A stretch of 64,000 nt of DNA from Amphiscolops sp. MND2022 (lineage: Eukaryota): contig OZ076409.1 of assembly GCA_964187785.1 (NCBI GenBank), positions 59,894,001 through 59,958,000 on the forward strand, in the 5' to 3' direction. The notes beneath the pieces were generated by a model. The model saw only the letters and a list, made by a program, of their open reading frames with translations. It was not told the DNA's origin and made no database searches. Numbering within the stretch: the stretch's first letter is position 1; the number at the start of each line of letters is the position of its first letter. A program made the position numbers and the translations under genes. This document shows, piece by piece, positions 50,361-63,540 of this stretch.

Positions 50361-51295
50361 ACAGCTACCAAAACGATCGAAGTCTGTTGGTTTCTGTTGG
50401 TGTTTGGAATTAATAAAAAGAGATCCTAAAGGATAATAAATTACATGTATTGATAATTATTTTTTAGTGAAAGCATCGACTATTTTCAATAGGGTTTGAA
50501 AGTATCAGTGGTTGTTCATCGTGTATCTCATCACATGATAGACAATTCAGAATATATTTTTAGGGAAAGTTCACTGACGCTGGCTGTGTTAGTGGTAGCG
50601 TCCCTCCTCATTCACTTAGATCACTATTGCTTTTGAACACTTTTCGTTGGTTTCCCTTTCCGGCATCTAGTGACGTTGTGTGTAGTGACGATGTTCTCTT
50701 CTCTCTTATTTTTTGTTCCGCTTTCTGATTGCGGACTCATTTCTTTCATGCTCATAGGATGATAAGTTGCGATATTATATTTTAGAACGCTACTGTAAAG
50801 TGGATGCAGTAAATGCATATCGCTGCTACGGAGTTTTAAAACTGCATCCATTTTGCTGATGGTTCATGAAATTTGAAATATTAAAGTATGATAAGTTCAA
50901 ACTCAAATTGACGTTTTGGAATAAAATTGAATGAATTTAATTACTTTTTTTGAATATGATTAATTTTTATTTAGTTAGTTAGAATTGATTAATTATAAAA
51001 AAAACTTGTGGTTAAAAAATTTATCCTTCATTGGATTATTTGGAAACAGCAGCAACACTTGGTATGTTGATTAATTTGCGCATATTAATGCATGCTTCAA
51101 GCTAAGTTTCAAATGATCCGCCGAAAAACACTTAACTTTTGTAAATGCTTGTTTTCACATCGGAACTCTGCCAACAAAAATGGAAGAGCAAAATAAATTT
51201 GAAAATAATTGATCTTTATGGATGTAGTACGACTTAATTTTATTAGCTTTTTAATGGCGTTAAATAGCGATGACGTGTGGCGCTTACAAAATCTT

Positions 51296-51356
51296 TGTCC
51301 GTCAGAGAGGAATTGAGCCCACGTCTTTCAGCTTATCACCACTAGGCTATTTGGTG
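51296..51356 (-). pseudogene. tRNA-derived remnant (truncated tRNA pseudogene or SINE head)
   Basis: The minus strand reads TAGCCTAGTGG (A box) ... GGCTCAATTCC (B-box-like), with the anticodon arm apparently missing. Confidence 0.35.
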
Positions 51357-52839
51357 GGATTATAAAGCTATCGAGTAATCATTTAAATGTTCTTTCACAT
51401 TTTAGAAACGAATCAACACTAGAGAAAAACTTCGCGTTTGAGTATCTGAAACTTTACCTCTCAGGTCTAAAACAAGTGCTTTTTCTGTTGCTCAGTTGTC
51501 TTTTTTTGCAAATAAAGAAAGATTTCGGCGAGGAAAACTAAACTGAAAGACTAAACTGAGACAACGAGCGGTTAGACTCAGTTATTTAGAACAGATCATT
51601 TTCGATTGTCTGTTTGCCACTCATTTGCAAAGGTGAGAAGAGCTAAGCTGTCAAGTGGAATTTAGTTTTCGATTGGTTCTCGATTCAGAAGTGCAATTAC
51701 GTTTACTACGCCTCCATATCGTGGAATTGGGGAACTTAACCTCATTCTTTTTGTAATTTTGTAAATTAATGCAACCACAGGTTTCTAGTACTATGTATAT
51801 TTTTCTTTGAATATGTTTTTAGTGGTTTTTACTGTTGATCGGATGTAATGACCGACACCCAAAATCCAGATGAGGCCCCAATTGTACAGTAGGTTTGCAA
51901 TTGTAGGTTTGTAAAAGTGACAATTACGATGTTTTGTCCCATTTTAAAAGCTGATCTGAGACATGGAAAATGGATTAAGAGGTCTGGTGACAGAAAATTG
52001 AATCACAAATCACTTGCAACGCTCACGAATCAAATGCATATATAAAAATGGCACACATTATCGTCGGTAAATTATTTTACCAAAATGAATATATAAAATG
52101 CGAAGATGTGTTATGCGTATGAACAAACTGTTGAAAAAGTGCCAATGTTTTTAAAGATACTTCTGAGTGTAGTCGACGAAGGCAACAAAAACTGCTCAAA
52201 GATTTGTTGGCCTCTGTTGCAAAAGTTCATGATTGTCGGGATACCTTTGGCATGTGATTCTACAATAGTGCAGCTTGATGATTGAGGTTTGTCGAATAAC
52301 TTTTATTCAATTCGACTTGGTAGAAATTGTTCTTTCTTCGAAATTCATTTTGTATTTCAGGATGGTCTTTCTCGTGAAGCATGTTTCTTAGTCTCAAAAT
52401 ATCATAAAATTGATATTTCGTAGAGACTACCATTAATAATTTTTGCCTTTTTTGTTGACATATGCATAGGCAAGTTGACATACACATGTACTTTGTTTCT
52501 CTTTCGAGCCAATTTTCTATTTTTCCATCTATAAAGTGACATTTTTGTTTCCTGTAGATTACTTTTTTGATAACGCCACCTTTTTTGCATGAATTATTCA
52601 CTGCTACAAACACTTCATTTTTCATGTAGCTCTAAAGTAGCCAAAACATTTCCATAGAAAGTATGATTTTCCATGAAAAATTAATGGTGTGCGGAAAAGT
52701 CCAAATTGAAAAAGTACAAGTTTATTTTGATGCCTAATGCCACTTCTTTATTTTGCGTTGAGAAATTGGCTGTTGGTATAGCTCATTAATTTTGGATCAA
52801 AGCTTCAGCCAGTAATTCTTAAACTCATTAATCAAGCAA

Positions 52840-53180
52840 AATTCTGGACTTTTGGGACCGCCTTCAATTCGAACAAAAGTCTTTTTTTTCCAAACAAGCA
52901 GAAAACGCATGGTTTTTGCCTCAAGGCACAGTATTTTGAAACTGTTTTTTTTTCACCCGGTCGAACCCATTTTCCTGCCGAATGCCAAAAACCAAATTCC
53001 AAAAAATCTCTTTACATCGGCAAATCAGTGGGAACGGTCTCCACATCCCTATTTCATATACTTAAATTTTACAACTATTTTCGGAACTGTGAGACTTTTT
53101 CTCAAAAAAAATCAATTTTCAGAAAACAACATTAGCTGTTTTTCAAATTTTTCGAAAAAAGGTTTTAAGACCAAAGGGTC
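52840..53180 (+). repeat. Upstream part of an interspersed repeat interrupted by element D
   Basis: Carries family motifs TTTCGGAACTGTGAGACT and AAAGGGTC, and continues after 58223. Start approximate. Confidence 0.5.
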
Positions 53181-56100
53181 TGTAGTAGAGTGATTAATTG
53201 CAGCAGTAAACATTTGTAAATAAATACCAGTAACATTGTCTGAACTTAACATTTGCTACGCCTCATTGCGTTTAGCCTTAGTTTAAAAGACAGTACTTCA
53301 ACATTCTAAATTCATCATCAAATCACAATTATTCTCCCTACTGTTTTCATCTATTCGAGAGTTTCACGTCAACATGGCGCTGCGAGCTGAAAATTCTGCC
53401 TCAACATCTTCCTCATCCTCACATCTCGTTGGACTGCCGGTGTTCTGAAGTGATGTGACCACGAACCCTACGATGGATTGGGACAAGTGGTTTGATCTTT
53501 TTCAAATAACCTTGATGGCTAAATTTTCCATTTCGGTATCTGAGCTGACACGAGTGACGACGCAACAGACTCTAAGGGTTCGTCAGTTGTTGGGGGATCT
53601 CGATTGAGACCCTGCAAATAAGAAGGTTATCAGTATTCTGTACTTGTCACTGGGTGATGCGGCGAGAAAATAAGTTTTGGACTAGTATCCTCACACCGCT
53701 CTGTGGGACTTAAAAGCCCAAGAGTTAATCAATTTATGTATCGAATGCTTTCGGAAATAGAGGAACAGAACCCAGGGCAGACATTGATTTTTCTCAAAAG
53801 TTCAAGAGCCCGGCGAAACCCAATGTCTATTTTGGCATGCCTTAAATGGGTTTGCAGCAATGTGCAACTTCGGGGAAATAACATCTACCTTAGTCGTGGA
53901 CATGTTTATCCTTCACATGAACAATAAGCAGGTGCAAGAAAAATTGTGTACGGAGCCTAAGGAGCCAAACCAAGCTTTGGAATTCGCCGGTTCTTTCGAA
54001 GAAGGAGTAAAGCGACAAAAAGCTTACGGCGCACAAGCACCTGATTGAGTGAAAACAGTCGTGAAGAGTGAACCGGTCTATGTGGTAGAAAGGACTAACC
54101 CCAGGGATTGTTATAGATGTGGGCCAGCAAACTTTATAATGGAGCACGTCAATTTCTGCATGGCCACCAACCATCGATATAAATATTGTAAAATGGCGGG
54201 ACACGTATCAAAGTGTTTCAATAAAAAGTTTCCTCAGAGGCAGAATGAGATGATGCAAAGAATGAAAAATCGGAATAACGAAAAAAGTTTGCGAAAAAAA
54301 ACTATATTGACGAATCGGATGAAAAATCTAAAGAAGACGACGAAGAGAAACTAGTACTGCCTGTGGAAGGATACTGCTGCAAACAGTTCTTCATGGAAGG
54401 ACAATGCGTGGCAACTATTTTGAAGCAGTTATTGACACTGGGTCACCATTCTAAATTTTTTTTACAAAACGGGACACACAGAAAATCATGGGGGAAAGAA
54501 AAGTAATGATCAGGAACATGATCGAGCGAACAGGTTATGTCGACTATAACAAAAACCCCTGGAATTACTTGTCTACCAGGTTGTACGGCTCGAGGTCGCA
54601 GGAATAACAGTATTTATAACAAAGCCCGAGGAATAACAAAGCCCGAGTCTTGGTGACACCTAATTCGGAAAAATCAATCGTCGGTCGTGATTGGCTAGTT
54701 GCTCTCCGCGATGAAAAACGATGCGAAAATTACCCAGCAAAAGGGACAACGAGTACTAATTCAGTTGCAAAATCAAGTTGATAAAGAAACCGACAAGCTT
54801 TTAAAGGCGGAGCAAAATGAGAAAATTGACATAATTCAAGATGATGTGTTTATTCAGTCAAAAGTATTAACTGTCAAAAGGGATAAGTCTGTGAAAATTG
54901 TCTTGGATGCGAGAGCGCTAGATCACTCTATAGCAAAAGACAAATACCAAATGCCTAACCTAGATAATTTAGTCGACATGATTGCAGAGAAATTAGTTGA
55001 AAAAAGGGGAGGCAGGCGTGTTATTCGTCGGTAGACATGGCTTTTGCTTACGGACAAATCCCTTTACAAGAACTAACTAAACGACACTGCAGTTTTCAAA
55101 TCGTTTTGGGAAAGTCTATTGCGTTACAACGGGATTTTATGACCTAACAGTAATCCCAACTGAATTTCAGAATTGATGGATATCATTTTGGCGAATGTAA
55201 ATAGTGTATTTGTGTATATTGACGATATATTAATTGTAACAAAAGGAACCAAGGATCAATATTTAATAAAGTGAGAGAAGTAATGAAAATTCTGGACGAA
55301 GCGATTTTGCAGTTGAAGGCAGAAAAATGTATGATCGCACAAGAAAGCATAGAGTGGTTGGGGTACAAACTAACGCGGACAGGTATATCCCCAATAAATG
55401 CAAAAGCCCAGGAATAAGCGATAGGCTGAGACCAACAAAATTGAAACAATTATTCTCATTTCTTGGAGCAGTCAATCAATTTAACAAGTTCATACTTAGT
55501 TTGGCAAGTATTAGTTTAAAAAAGACGCTGACTGGATAAGGAACGCTGAACATGGAAACGCATTTGTGAAAAATATTGATAATATGAAAAGGGTGGTAAA
55601 ACTGTCACATTTCAAAAGAACCCAAGAAATTCGAATCAAGTGCGACGCAAGCAAGCAAGGCTTAGGTGCAGTTTTACAACAAAGTCATATCAATGGTGAG
55701 TGGAAACCAATTTGCTTCGCCTCTAGGTTTTTATCAGAGTTTGAATCAAAAGTCTCCTTTAACGAATTAGAACTATTAACAATAGTGTGGGCGGTGGAAC
55801 ATTATAGAAATTATGTATATGGTGTACAGTTTAAAATCATTTATGATCATATAGCACTAATGTCGGTATTGAAATCAAATAGGCGATTCAAAACATTTTC
55901 CAGCAGGTTAACGAGATGGGTAGATAGATTACTCCCATTTGAATTTGAAGTAGTAAACGTGGCAGGCAGTACGTTAGGAATGGTAGGTTATCTGTCGAGA
56001 CATCCCTGAGAATTACAAGGATCACCTATAAAAGCAGAAACCCTGTGCAATGAATGGTTCACTGTAATTAGTGTAATTAGCCAGAATGATGTTTTAGATA

Positions 56101-58223
56101 ACATTGAAGCAAGCAGCGAGAAAAGCTGGCCAGGGGAAAGTACAAATGAAGCAAACGCTGTCAACCGCATAATCCAAGCGAACCGACAACAGCAAATCAT
56201 ATCGCAGGACGAACGTATTTCGCGGGTAACAAGTAAGAGCCCCTGTAGTGATACCGCGCACATTCGCAAGATGAGCCAAAGTCCGTCAATAAAAACATTG
56301 ATCGAAAAGCTTAGGCCAGGTAATCACAGCGCTGATAACTTATTCCAACGAGTTATCCGTTTTGTAAAAAATTATAACAAACCGGAGTTACCCATCTGCT
56401 GTCCCCGTGGCGAGAAAGGTTCCAAACCTCCTCGCTTGATGATCGCGAATTTCTATAAATGGATAATAGATTAGTTATACCGCAATCAATGAGGCCAATG
56501 ATAGTGTGCTCTCTTCATTATGGCCATCCGGGCCGAGACGCAAGGCTGGCCATGATTGAGGACGTCTGGTGGCCCCGGATTCACCGCGAGTTGATTGACC
56601 AGGCACCGTTGAGCGGCGAAGAATGTCTCGAAACAGGTAGGAATTTAAAATACATGTTGAAACAAAAACAAACGGGGAAAAGACCGGGGGCAAAAAAAAC
56701 AGAACAACGAGATGGCCCTAGATTTTGCAGGAGACTTTAAAAATGCTAAAAAGGGAAAATAGTGTTTGATAGTATCTGTAGACCATTTTTCAGGATGGTA
56801 AGGCGCGAACTTTCCACACCGCCCAACAACTAGAAAAGTCATTGAATATTCAAAACAGTATATCACAGAGTACGGTGTACCAAAGAAACTACGCACGGAT
56901 CCAGGCGCAAAATTTGTGAGCGAAGCATTTAACCAGTTTTTTGAACAGTTCGGAATAAATCACATAACCTGTCCGATTAGAAAGCATAGGGGTAATGGAA
57001 AAATTGAACGGTTGATTCCAACGAATAATGAGCGACTTCGGACGAATAAGCAAATTATCCTAAGTAGGGATAAATCTGGACTGTCTGAAATCTTATACTT
57101 TTTCAGAACAAGTAAGAAAAAGGACGGGAAATCGCCGTTTGAAAAGCATATGGGGAAGGAGCCAAACACGGAAAAATCCAATTTATTGGGAAAGTTTCGG
57201 GGTTTTTCTGCCTAAGACTCACAAATTGAATTCCAGCACTCAGATTCCACGACGAGACTGATTCTGCAATACTGGTCGGTGAGAGAAACAAGGGTTCCAA
57301 ATTGGAAGCAGCCTTTGCCAGAAAAACGGGACAAGTAGTGCAGGAAACTCAGCGCACAATCGCGATACTACCGGAGAAAGCGAAGCGGCCAAAAGTGTTT
57401 TCAAAAACAGACATCGCATGCGCATCAACAGAGCAAAAAGAGACGTTCAAGAAAACGGGAAAGATAGCCAAAATAGACGACACGCTCAGCTCGAGTGAAT
57501 CAGTGCAACCAGCCTCCAAGAATAGAAAGGCAAAGAAGTGGGGAGAACCGAAAACCATCGAAAAGCGAATGTGGCCATCGAATTTGATGAAGGAGCGCCC
57601 GCTCCATTATTGACATCTCGTCAAACACCACAGTAAATGAAAAGGCACCCAAAGAAACTGCCGGACAAGGCAAACAGAAAAAGAAAAAAGAAATTAAGTG
57701 CAAGACTGAAGAAAGTGCCCCGAAAGCGACCGGCAACCCTGAGAATATCGCCATCCCCGTAAGAGCCACAACATCGTGGCACTTAGAAAGAAGAGTGTCC
57801 GAAAGAAAGCATGTCCCCCCAAAAATATATAAAATCGACTTAATCACGAAGGATCCTGAAAATCGTTTCGAGAACGGAGGAGAAGCTCATGGGGAAAACT
57901 GCTAAACCTCAACATCATTTAAAACACTTTTAGTTGCAGGTGCTAGCTGCTAACTAGTAAATTGATTACTGGTTTCAATTTGAGTTTGTATTATCAAGTT
58001 ACTGTGCGATATGCCCAAAAAGGGGGAGTGTAGTAGAGTGATGAATTGCAGCAGTAAACAATTGTAAATAAATACCAAAAACCTTCTCTGAACTTACATT
58101 TGCTACGCCTCATTGCGTTTAGCCTTAGTTTAAAAGACAGTACTTCAACATTCTATATTCATCATCAGTTCACAATTATCTCCTCTACTGTTTTCATTTT
58201 AATTCGAGAGTTCCATGTGATCA
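53181..58223 (+). mobile_element. Decayed full-length Mag-like Ty3/Gypsy element (element D)
   Basis: LTRs 53181-53374 and 58029-58223 (TGTAGTAGAG...CA), PBS TGGCGCTGCGAGC (tRNA-Ser-like, 53375-53387), PPT AAAAAGGGGGAG (58017-58028), TSD GGGTC/GGATC (1 mismatch). Confidence 0.93.
53440..57900 (+). pseudogene. gag-pol pseudogene of element D
   Basis: Mag-type knuckle CYRCG...H..FC....YCKMAGHVSKC, protease VIDTGSP, RT VYIDDI, RNase H CDASKQGLGAVL/ELELL, integrase HYGHPG, RTDPG and GNGKIERL. Many stops. Confidence 0.9.
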
Positions 58224-58591
58224 GGATCCCCGTGGCTTTTTTCGGCACTGTACGACTTGAAAAAGTCACTTTTTCTAAAAGGGTCCCCTTCTGTTTTTGA
58301 TATGATGAAAAAAAGCGTTTAGGCCAAAGGACAATTTAATTTTTTTGAAAGTTTTTATGGAAATTTTAATATCACAAAATGGTTATCGGTTTGGTTTCAT
58401 GGTTTCTGGTGAGAAAAGAAGCAAATCGTAGCGGTTATTGATGCTTCTGGTGAGAATGAAAGCAAATATGCCTTTTTCTGTACTCTGAAAATAAGAATTT
58501 ATTCAGTAGAGAATCCTTGCCGCTCTCAAGTACTTCTGCTCTTTCTGAGCCTTAAGCGGTTGCCTTAAGCCTATGCCGTTCCCTGTTTGTT
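58224..58591 (+). repeat. Downstream part of the HINE-like repeat interrupted by element D
   Basis: Ends in CTGAGCCTTA...GCCGTTCCCTGTTTGTT, similar to the reverse complement of 59799-59842. Confidence 0.5.
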
Positions 58592-59798
58592 TTCTCACCA
58601 AACGATGTGCAGAAATGTCTTTTGAAACTGGTGAAAATGATTTTTTTTCAGCTAAAATTAACGAAGATCGTGAATACTTCTGCGTTGATGATTCTCATAC
58701 ACTGATAGAAAATTAGATACAACAGTAGAAAGATTTTGTGCTCATTCGCGGAGACCTTACAATCAAGACATTCCCATGAAATGTTCATTGTTTTTTTTCC
58801 ATTATGATAGCTAGATTTTATCAATAGAAATGCTCCATGTTATGAAAGTTACGACTTAGCTGGAATTTAACCAAATGAATTGAATAACAAGTCAATTGAA
58901 TTAAATTAACACCGTCACCAAAAACCGATTCCCAAAATTCCCTCGAAACCATTTCCAGATTTCCTCCCATTACTTCTTTTGTTTATCGGCATTCATTGCA
59001 ATACTGAAACAAGTACAATATTCAAAAAATAGTGTCGATAAACTATTTAGAGTTTCTTGAATTTTAATGCAAGGTGGTTGTTGAATTGAATTAGTAATGA
59101 ACAAACAATTTTTTGGATTAAAAGTAAAGACCCGCCGCCTTAAAAAAGTTTTATTGTGGCTTCTAAGGTCGATAAAGACATCTTCGGTCTGGAGTCTTGA
59201 AAAAATCTTGTAAATTTTATATAGCCAGTATGGATCTGGCTGATCTAGTAGGAACTTTTCAAAAGAGAAAGTGTTACTATGTTGTTCGATAATTTAACGG
59301 AAAATGCAAAAAACGTTGTCATTTAAATTTCATTAATTTTTTAATATACAAGAAATAACAACATTCAACATTTTCAACTCAGAAATGTGCGTCATTTATA
59401 AATCGAAAAATTCAATATTCTCCCAGGCCGCCTCCCAGAACTACCAACAAGCCCTCCCAGGAACGATCCCCTTGAATTAAAGTTTCTTATGGACCTAAAT
59501 GAACTGTTATGATTGTTATAATTTAGATAATTTTGTAAACATTGTTATGTTCACTCATACAATGTTATTAGACACCAAACAGACAAGCAATTGGAGACGA
59601 GTTCAAATGCTTGCATGTTTGGAAAAGCACGAGCAGTCCAAAATGCGCATCAACCAATCAGAGAGCATGCTGTCCTTTTCCATTTTAATTGTGAACTGGT
59701 GTTAGAAATAATGTATATAGGTGGGTACGGCCATTAGACATGAAAGCAATAGCCGGCAAAGCAAGACACATATTATACTCTCCCATCGTTTGAATAGG

Positions 59799-60400
59799 TA
59801 ACAAGCCGGGAACAGTCCAAGTCGGCGCCATATCTAAGGCTCAAAAATAGCAAAAGGACTTCAAAGTGTCAAAGTATTCTCTTCTACACTACCCGGAAAA
59901 TCCAAAAGTGCAACCGAATTGGAGCACTAGAGAAGACACTTTGAGATTTTTCATCCATTCTGTCGCAAATTATCAAAAATCTGAAGGGCGCCCATTTGGT
60001 GAAAACAAAATGTTTGAAAAAATTCTCTTAATGTCGAAAAAACTGAAAGAGGGAACCCTTTGGGATTTTTCAACATCCGTTCTGTCGGAAAACTCCAACA
60101 AAATTGAAGGGGAAACTTTGGGGAATTTTCTTACGAAAAAAAAAGACGAACAGACCCTAAAATACTCTCAGGGAGTACCCGTTGTTCCCGTTCAGTTTCT
60201 TAGTTGATGTAAAAATACTATTTCGTAAACTTTTGCTATGTTATTTATAAATTTGCTAGGTAAGAATTGTGAGAAATTGTAAGATTGTGAGAATTGCAAG
60301 GGAAGTTGACCATTCAGAGTGAGATTGTCACCTGAAAAAAAAACTAGCCACTGTAATAGTCGGGCTTTTTTACTTAAGGGAAAAGGCGCCGACTAAAAAA
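59799..60400 (-). mobile_element. Non-autonomous element with subterminal inverted repeats (Helentron/HINE-like)
   Basis: AGTCGGCGCC (59820-59829) and GGCGCCGACT (60385-60394) are placed asymmetrically; ends are T-rich on the minus strand; related copies occur elsewhere in the window. Confidence 0.6.
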
Positions 60401-61129
60401 AGAGCTGTTACCATAACATTCCCCTAGTTGAGACTGCTTGAACTTTTTACATGCTGCAGGCCTGCATGTAGGGTAATTTTTTATAAAACCTAGAAAATTC
60501 AGTATGCATCCATTGGTAAATCTTGTAGAATTACACTGCATTCTCCACTACTGCAATTAAATTTGAAAATATTTCCCTATTCTTTATGGACATGATCACG
60601 TTTTATTCACACATTACTTTCTCAACTACTCATCTGATTTAACCACCGCTTCTCAAATAGGACGCTGAAGATGACGCTAGCTTGATGTTTACATTGTGAA
60701 TGAAATTAAATTGCATTGAAGTGGCGGCAAAATTGTGAACGTCTCAGATGCATTTAAAATTAGAACTGATCATAATAAAACTCGCAGAACTTCACAGCTT
60801 GAAATTTTCGCCAAAACTTTGATGATTCTTTGAAGCAGCTTGATAAAAGTTGATGACAACAGGGAAAGAATAACGCATTGAAGTTTCGTAAGAGATTTAG
60901 AAAATCATTGAAAAAGTTGCTGGCAACTTTAAAGAACATATAAAAAGTTCAAGCAAGTTCAACAAGGGTCATCCAATACTGATAATATTCTGAGTGCACA
61001 TTTAGATAATGGTGGTTATTCAACACCTTTCTTCATTATTGTGCTTTTCTGAAGTAATCATAAAACGGACTGTTGGGACCCTTAACCCGAAAGGCCATTT
61101 TAATACATGAAACGCATGTATAATTCACG

Positions 61130-62027
61130 TTGTTCTGCATGTGTGTGTTGACATATAGTTTTATTACCAGTTTGAATTACCATAAACAAACAGCCATGTA
61201 GTGCCGTCGTGGCTGTTCTAACAATTGTGATGACGTCACAATGCCTTTATTAGTTATCGTGGCTATACTTAGAACAGTGAAATAACAAACCCTGAATGTC
61301 ATTCCACTGGGGGTAAATATCAGTCGGGAGACATTTGGAGTTTCCTTGATTTTCACCCATTACCTTGCAGTTGTGTTTATTTGACTAGACTGTTAAAATC
61401 AAACAAAACAGGAAATCACTACTGTCCTGAAAAAATCTTTGCATGCCTTGCACGAAGTGACAAAAAGTCAAGACTAGGCGCTCAAGAGAGACGGACTTTC
61501 TGTCAAACTATGCGAACATAGATGTAATGTTTGAGGAAAACAACTCTAAACCAATCGAGAGCATTTTAGAAAGTTTTGTAAAAGGACCAGAGAGTCAAGT
61601 GGTTTCTGGGACCATTTCAAATCTCAAAGAGAATTCATCTCAGGAAACTGAAATTAGAGATATGGAAAACGGAAACATGACTCATAGGCCTGATAAACTA
61701 CTGGTTGAGTCCTAGGACTGAGTCAATGAATAAAATTTTTCTAGCAAAATCAATTTAAAACTGTCTCAAAAGATAGTATTCAATTGTTAGAATGATGCAT
61801 ACTCAGATGAATAGAGCGATCAACTCTGTGATAAACGATAGAGGTATTCCCGAAATACAAAGAGATTGTCAGTAATTTGCTTCTGAGGGAGAAGGAATTT
61901 GCAACGGGTACGCCCACTTGCTAACAGGGTCCCGCAGATATGCCGGATGGGTCCAAAATTAATTTAACGAAGAAATGCTTTAGCTCTGTCTTTGATATAA
62001 GAGACGAAATGGATCCAGGTCCTCACA
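61130..62027 (+). mobile_element. Possible truncated LTR-element fragment (LTR-like piece plus decayed N-terminal ORF)
   Basis: A TG...CA segment of about 190 bp is followed by interrupted protein-like sequence (...MMHTQMNRAINSVINDRGIPEIQ). No second LTR or PBS. Confidence 0.3.
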
Positions 62028-62189
62028 AATGTAAACTAATGCAAATTTTCCAAAAAGCATAAAGGTTGTAATCGAGCTATTTGAGCAATGATTCAAATTT
62101 AATGTAAGTGTTCATTTAGTTTTAAAAATTTCGAAAAAACTTTTCTTAGGGTTACAATGAAGTCTCAATGATTTTTTCCCGAAATTTTA

Positions 62190-62500
62190 CAACAAGCCGG
62201 GAACGGGATACGTCGGCTCAACAATAGCAAAAGGACCCTTTGACTACATTTAAAAATATCAAAAAAAAGTCGCAGATTGCCAAAAATCAAAAGGGGTACC
62301 CTTTAGTCTCGTCCGGCATTGCAAGTTACGCTAGAAAGGAACACCTAATGTGATTTAGTTCCCTGTGCCAAATGGTTAGGTTTGGCTCTTTAAAAATTTG
62401 CAGATTTTTGTAAGACTATTTTGATTTTGGTCAATTCTTAAATTAAAAAATGCACCTAGTATAGCGAAGCGCCGCCACTTGGTACGAAAATGCCGAAGAG
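62190..62500 (-). repeat. Short diverged copy of the 59799-60400 family
   Basis: AACAAGCCGGGAAC...GTCGGCTCAACAATAGCAAAAGGAC matches 59800-59858. Confidence 0.55.
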
Positions 62501-63458
62501 TGCACAACAAATACCCAAAAGCGTGACTTTAGTCTCAGAAAACCAGCTCTGTAGTCTTAACATCGAATATCTCAAATAATCGTAGCAATCCTCAAATAAA
62601 AATTACAGTTCCGTAAAAATTCTCAGTGAATCGAAAAAAGCGAAGCCTCGCATCAGTCCCACAGTGTTGACTTTTAAGAGGTCGCCTTCAAGACTCTAAA
62701 AGCAGTTTTCCTGAACCGAAAAAATGTTATTTAAGTCGCACTGTGACAAGAAATCCTACGCTGGAATGCTATGCTCGCAAAATGCTCCATGTTGAGCTTT
62801 CTTTCGGAATCTGTACAGATATAAGAGCCTTTTTTCCTTGAGGATCTGTAAAGATTGTGCCACTGCCTCGGTAGGACAGGTGCAGATCTGCAAGGATCTT
62901 TACAGATGTTCAAAGATATTCTGTAGAGATTTTTCAAGAAAATGTTTTGCGGATATTCTATGGACAATTTATTTGCATTTTTGACGCCTTCAACCAATTT
63001 AAGTATTTTAGAGCTGACAAAAGCTCAGTCAGTTGAACCTCTCCATCACTCAAAATTCTCCAGTACGAAAAGTTGTCCCCATCATGGCAATTTTAGTGTG
63101 TGTTTAGTTTTAGACAAATCCTGGAATATCTGTCAGGATTTGTACAGATCTGTACAGATTCGCACAGAATTGTTTTTGAAACTTCAATTAATAAGCATGT
63201 CTATTTTGCACTTTTTAATTACCTTTTTCAATTTCAAAACTGTATTTACGACTAGTTACTTTTCGACAAACATCTGTGGGGATCTGTACAAATCTGTACA
63301 GATTCGCAGGGAAAGCTCAACATGGGCTGTGGTTCTGAAAACAAGATGGCGCCTTCGGTTGAAAAAGTCAGTAACAAAGCAACAAAGCACGCACTGTGTC
63401 AAAACTTCAAAATTGGAGAATTTTGTCTTTTTTGAAAGCATGAAAATCTTTTTGTTTA

Positions 63459-63540
63459 TTGCAGGACTCGAACCCAGGTACACGCAGAGGAATACGTTCA
63501 CCTTCTACGAAAAATCGAGTTACCTCCAGCGCCAAGCGGC
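63459..63540 (-). mobile_element. tRNA-derived SINE head (Pol III A and B boxes)
   Basis: Minus-strand TGGCGCTGGAGG (A-box-like, 63523-63534) and perfect B box GGTTCGAGTCC (63464-63474); no full cloverleaf. Confidence 0.45.

Noticed and set aside
50400..52830. Host gene exons
   Set aside because: Only short motif-less ORFs in very AT-rich sequence; exons cannot be supported without transcript data.
51296..63540. Functional tRNA genes at ~51300 and ~63500
   Set aside because: A and B boxes are present, but no complete cloverleaf can be folded.
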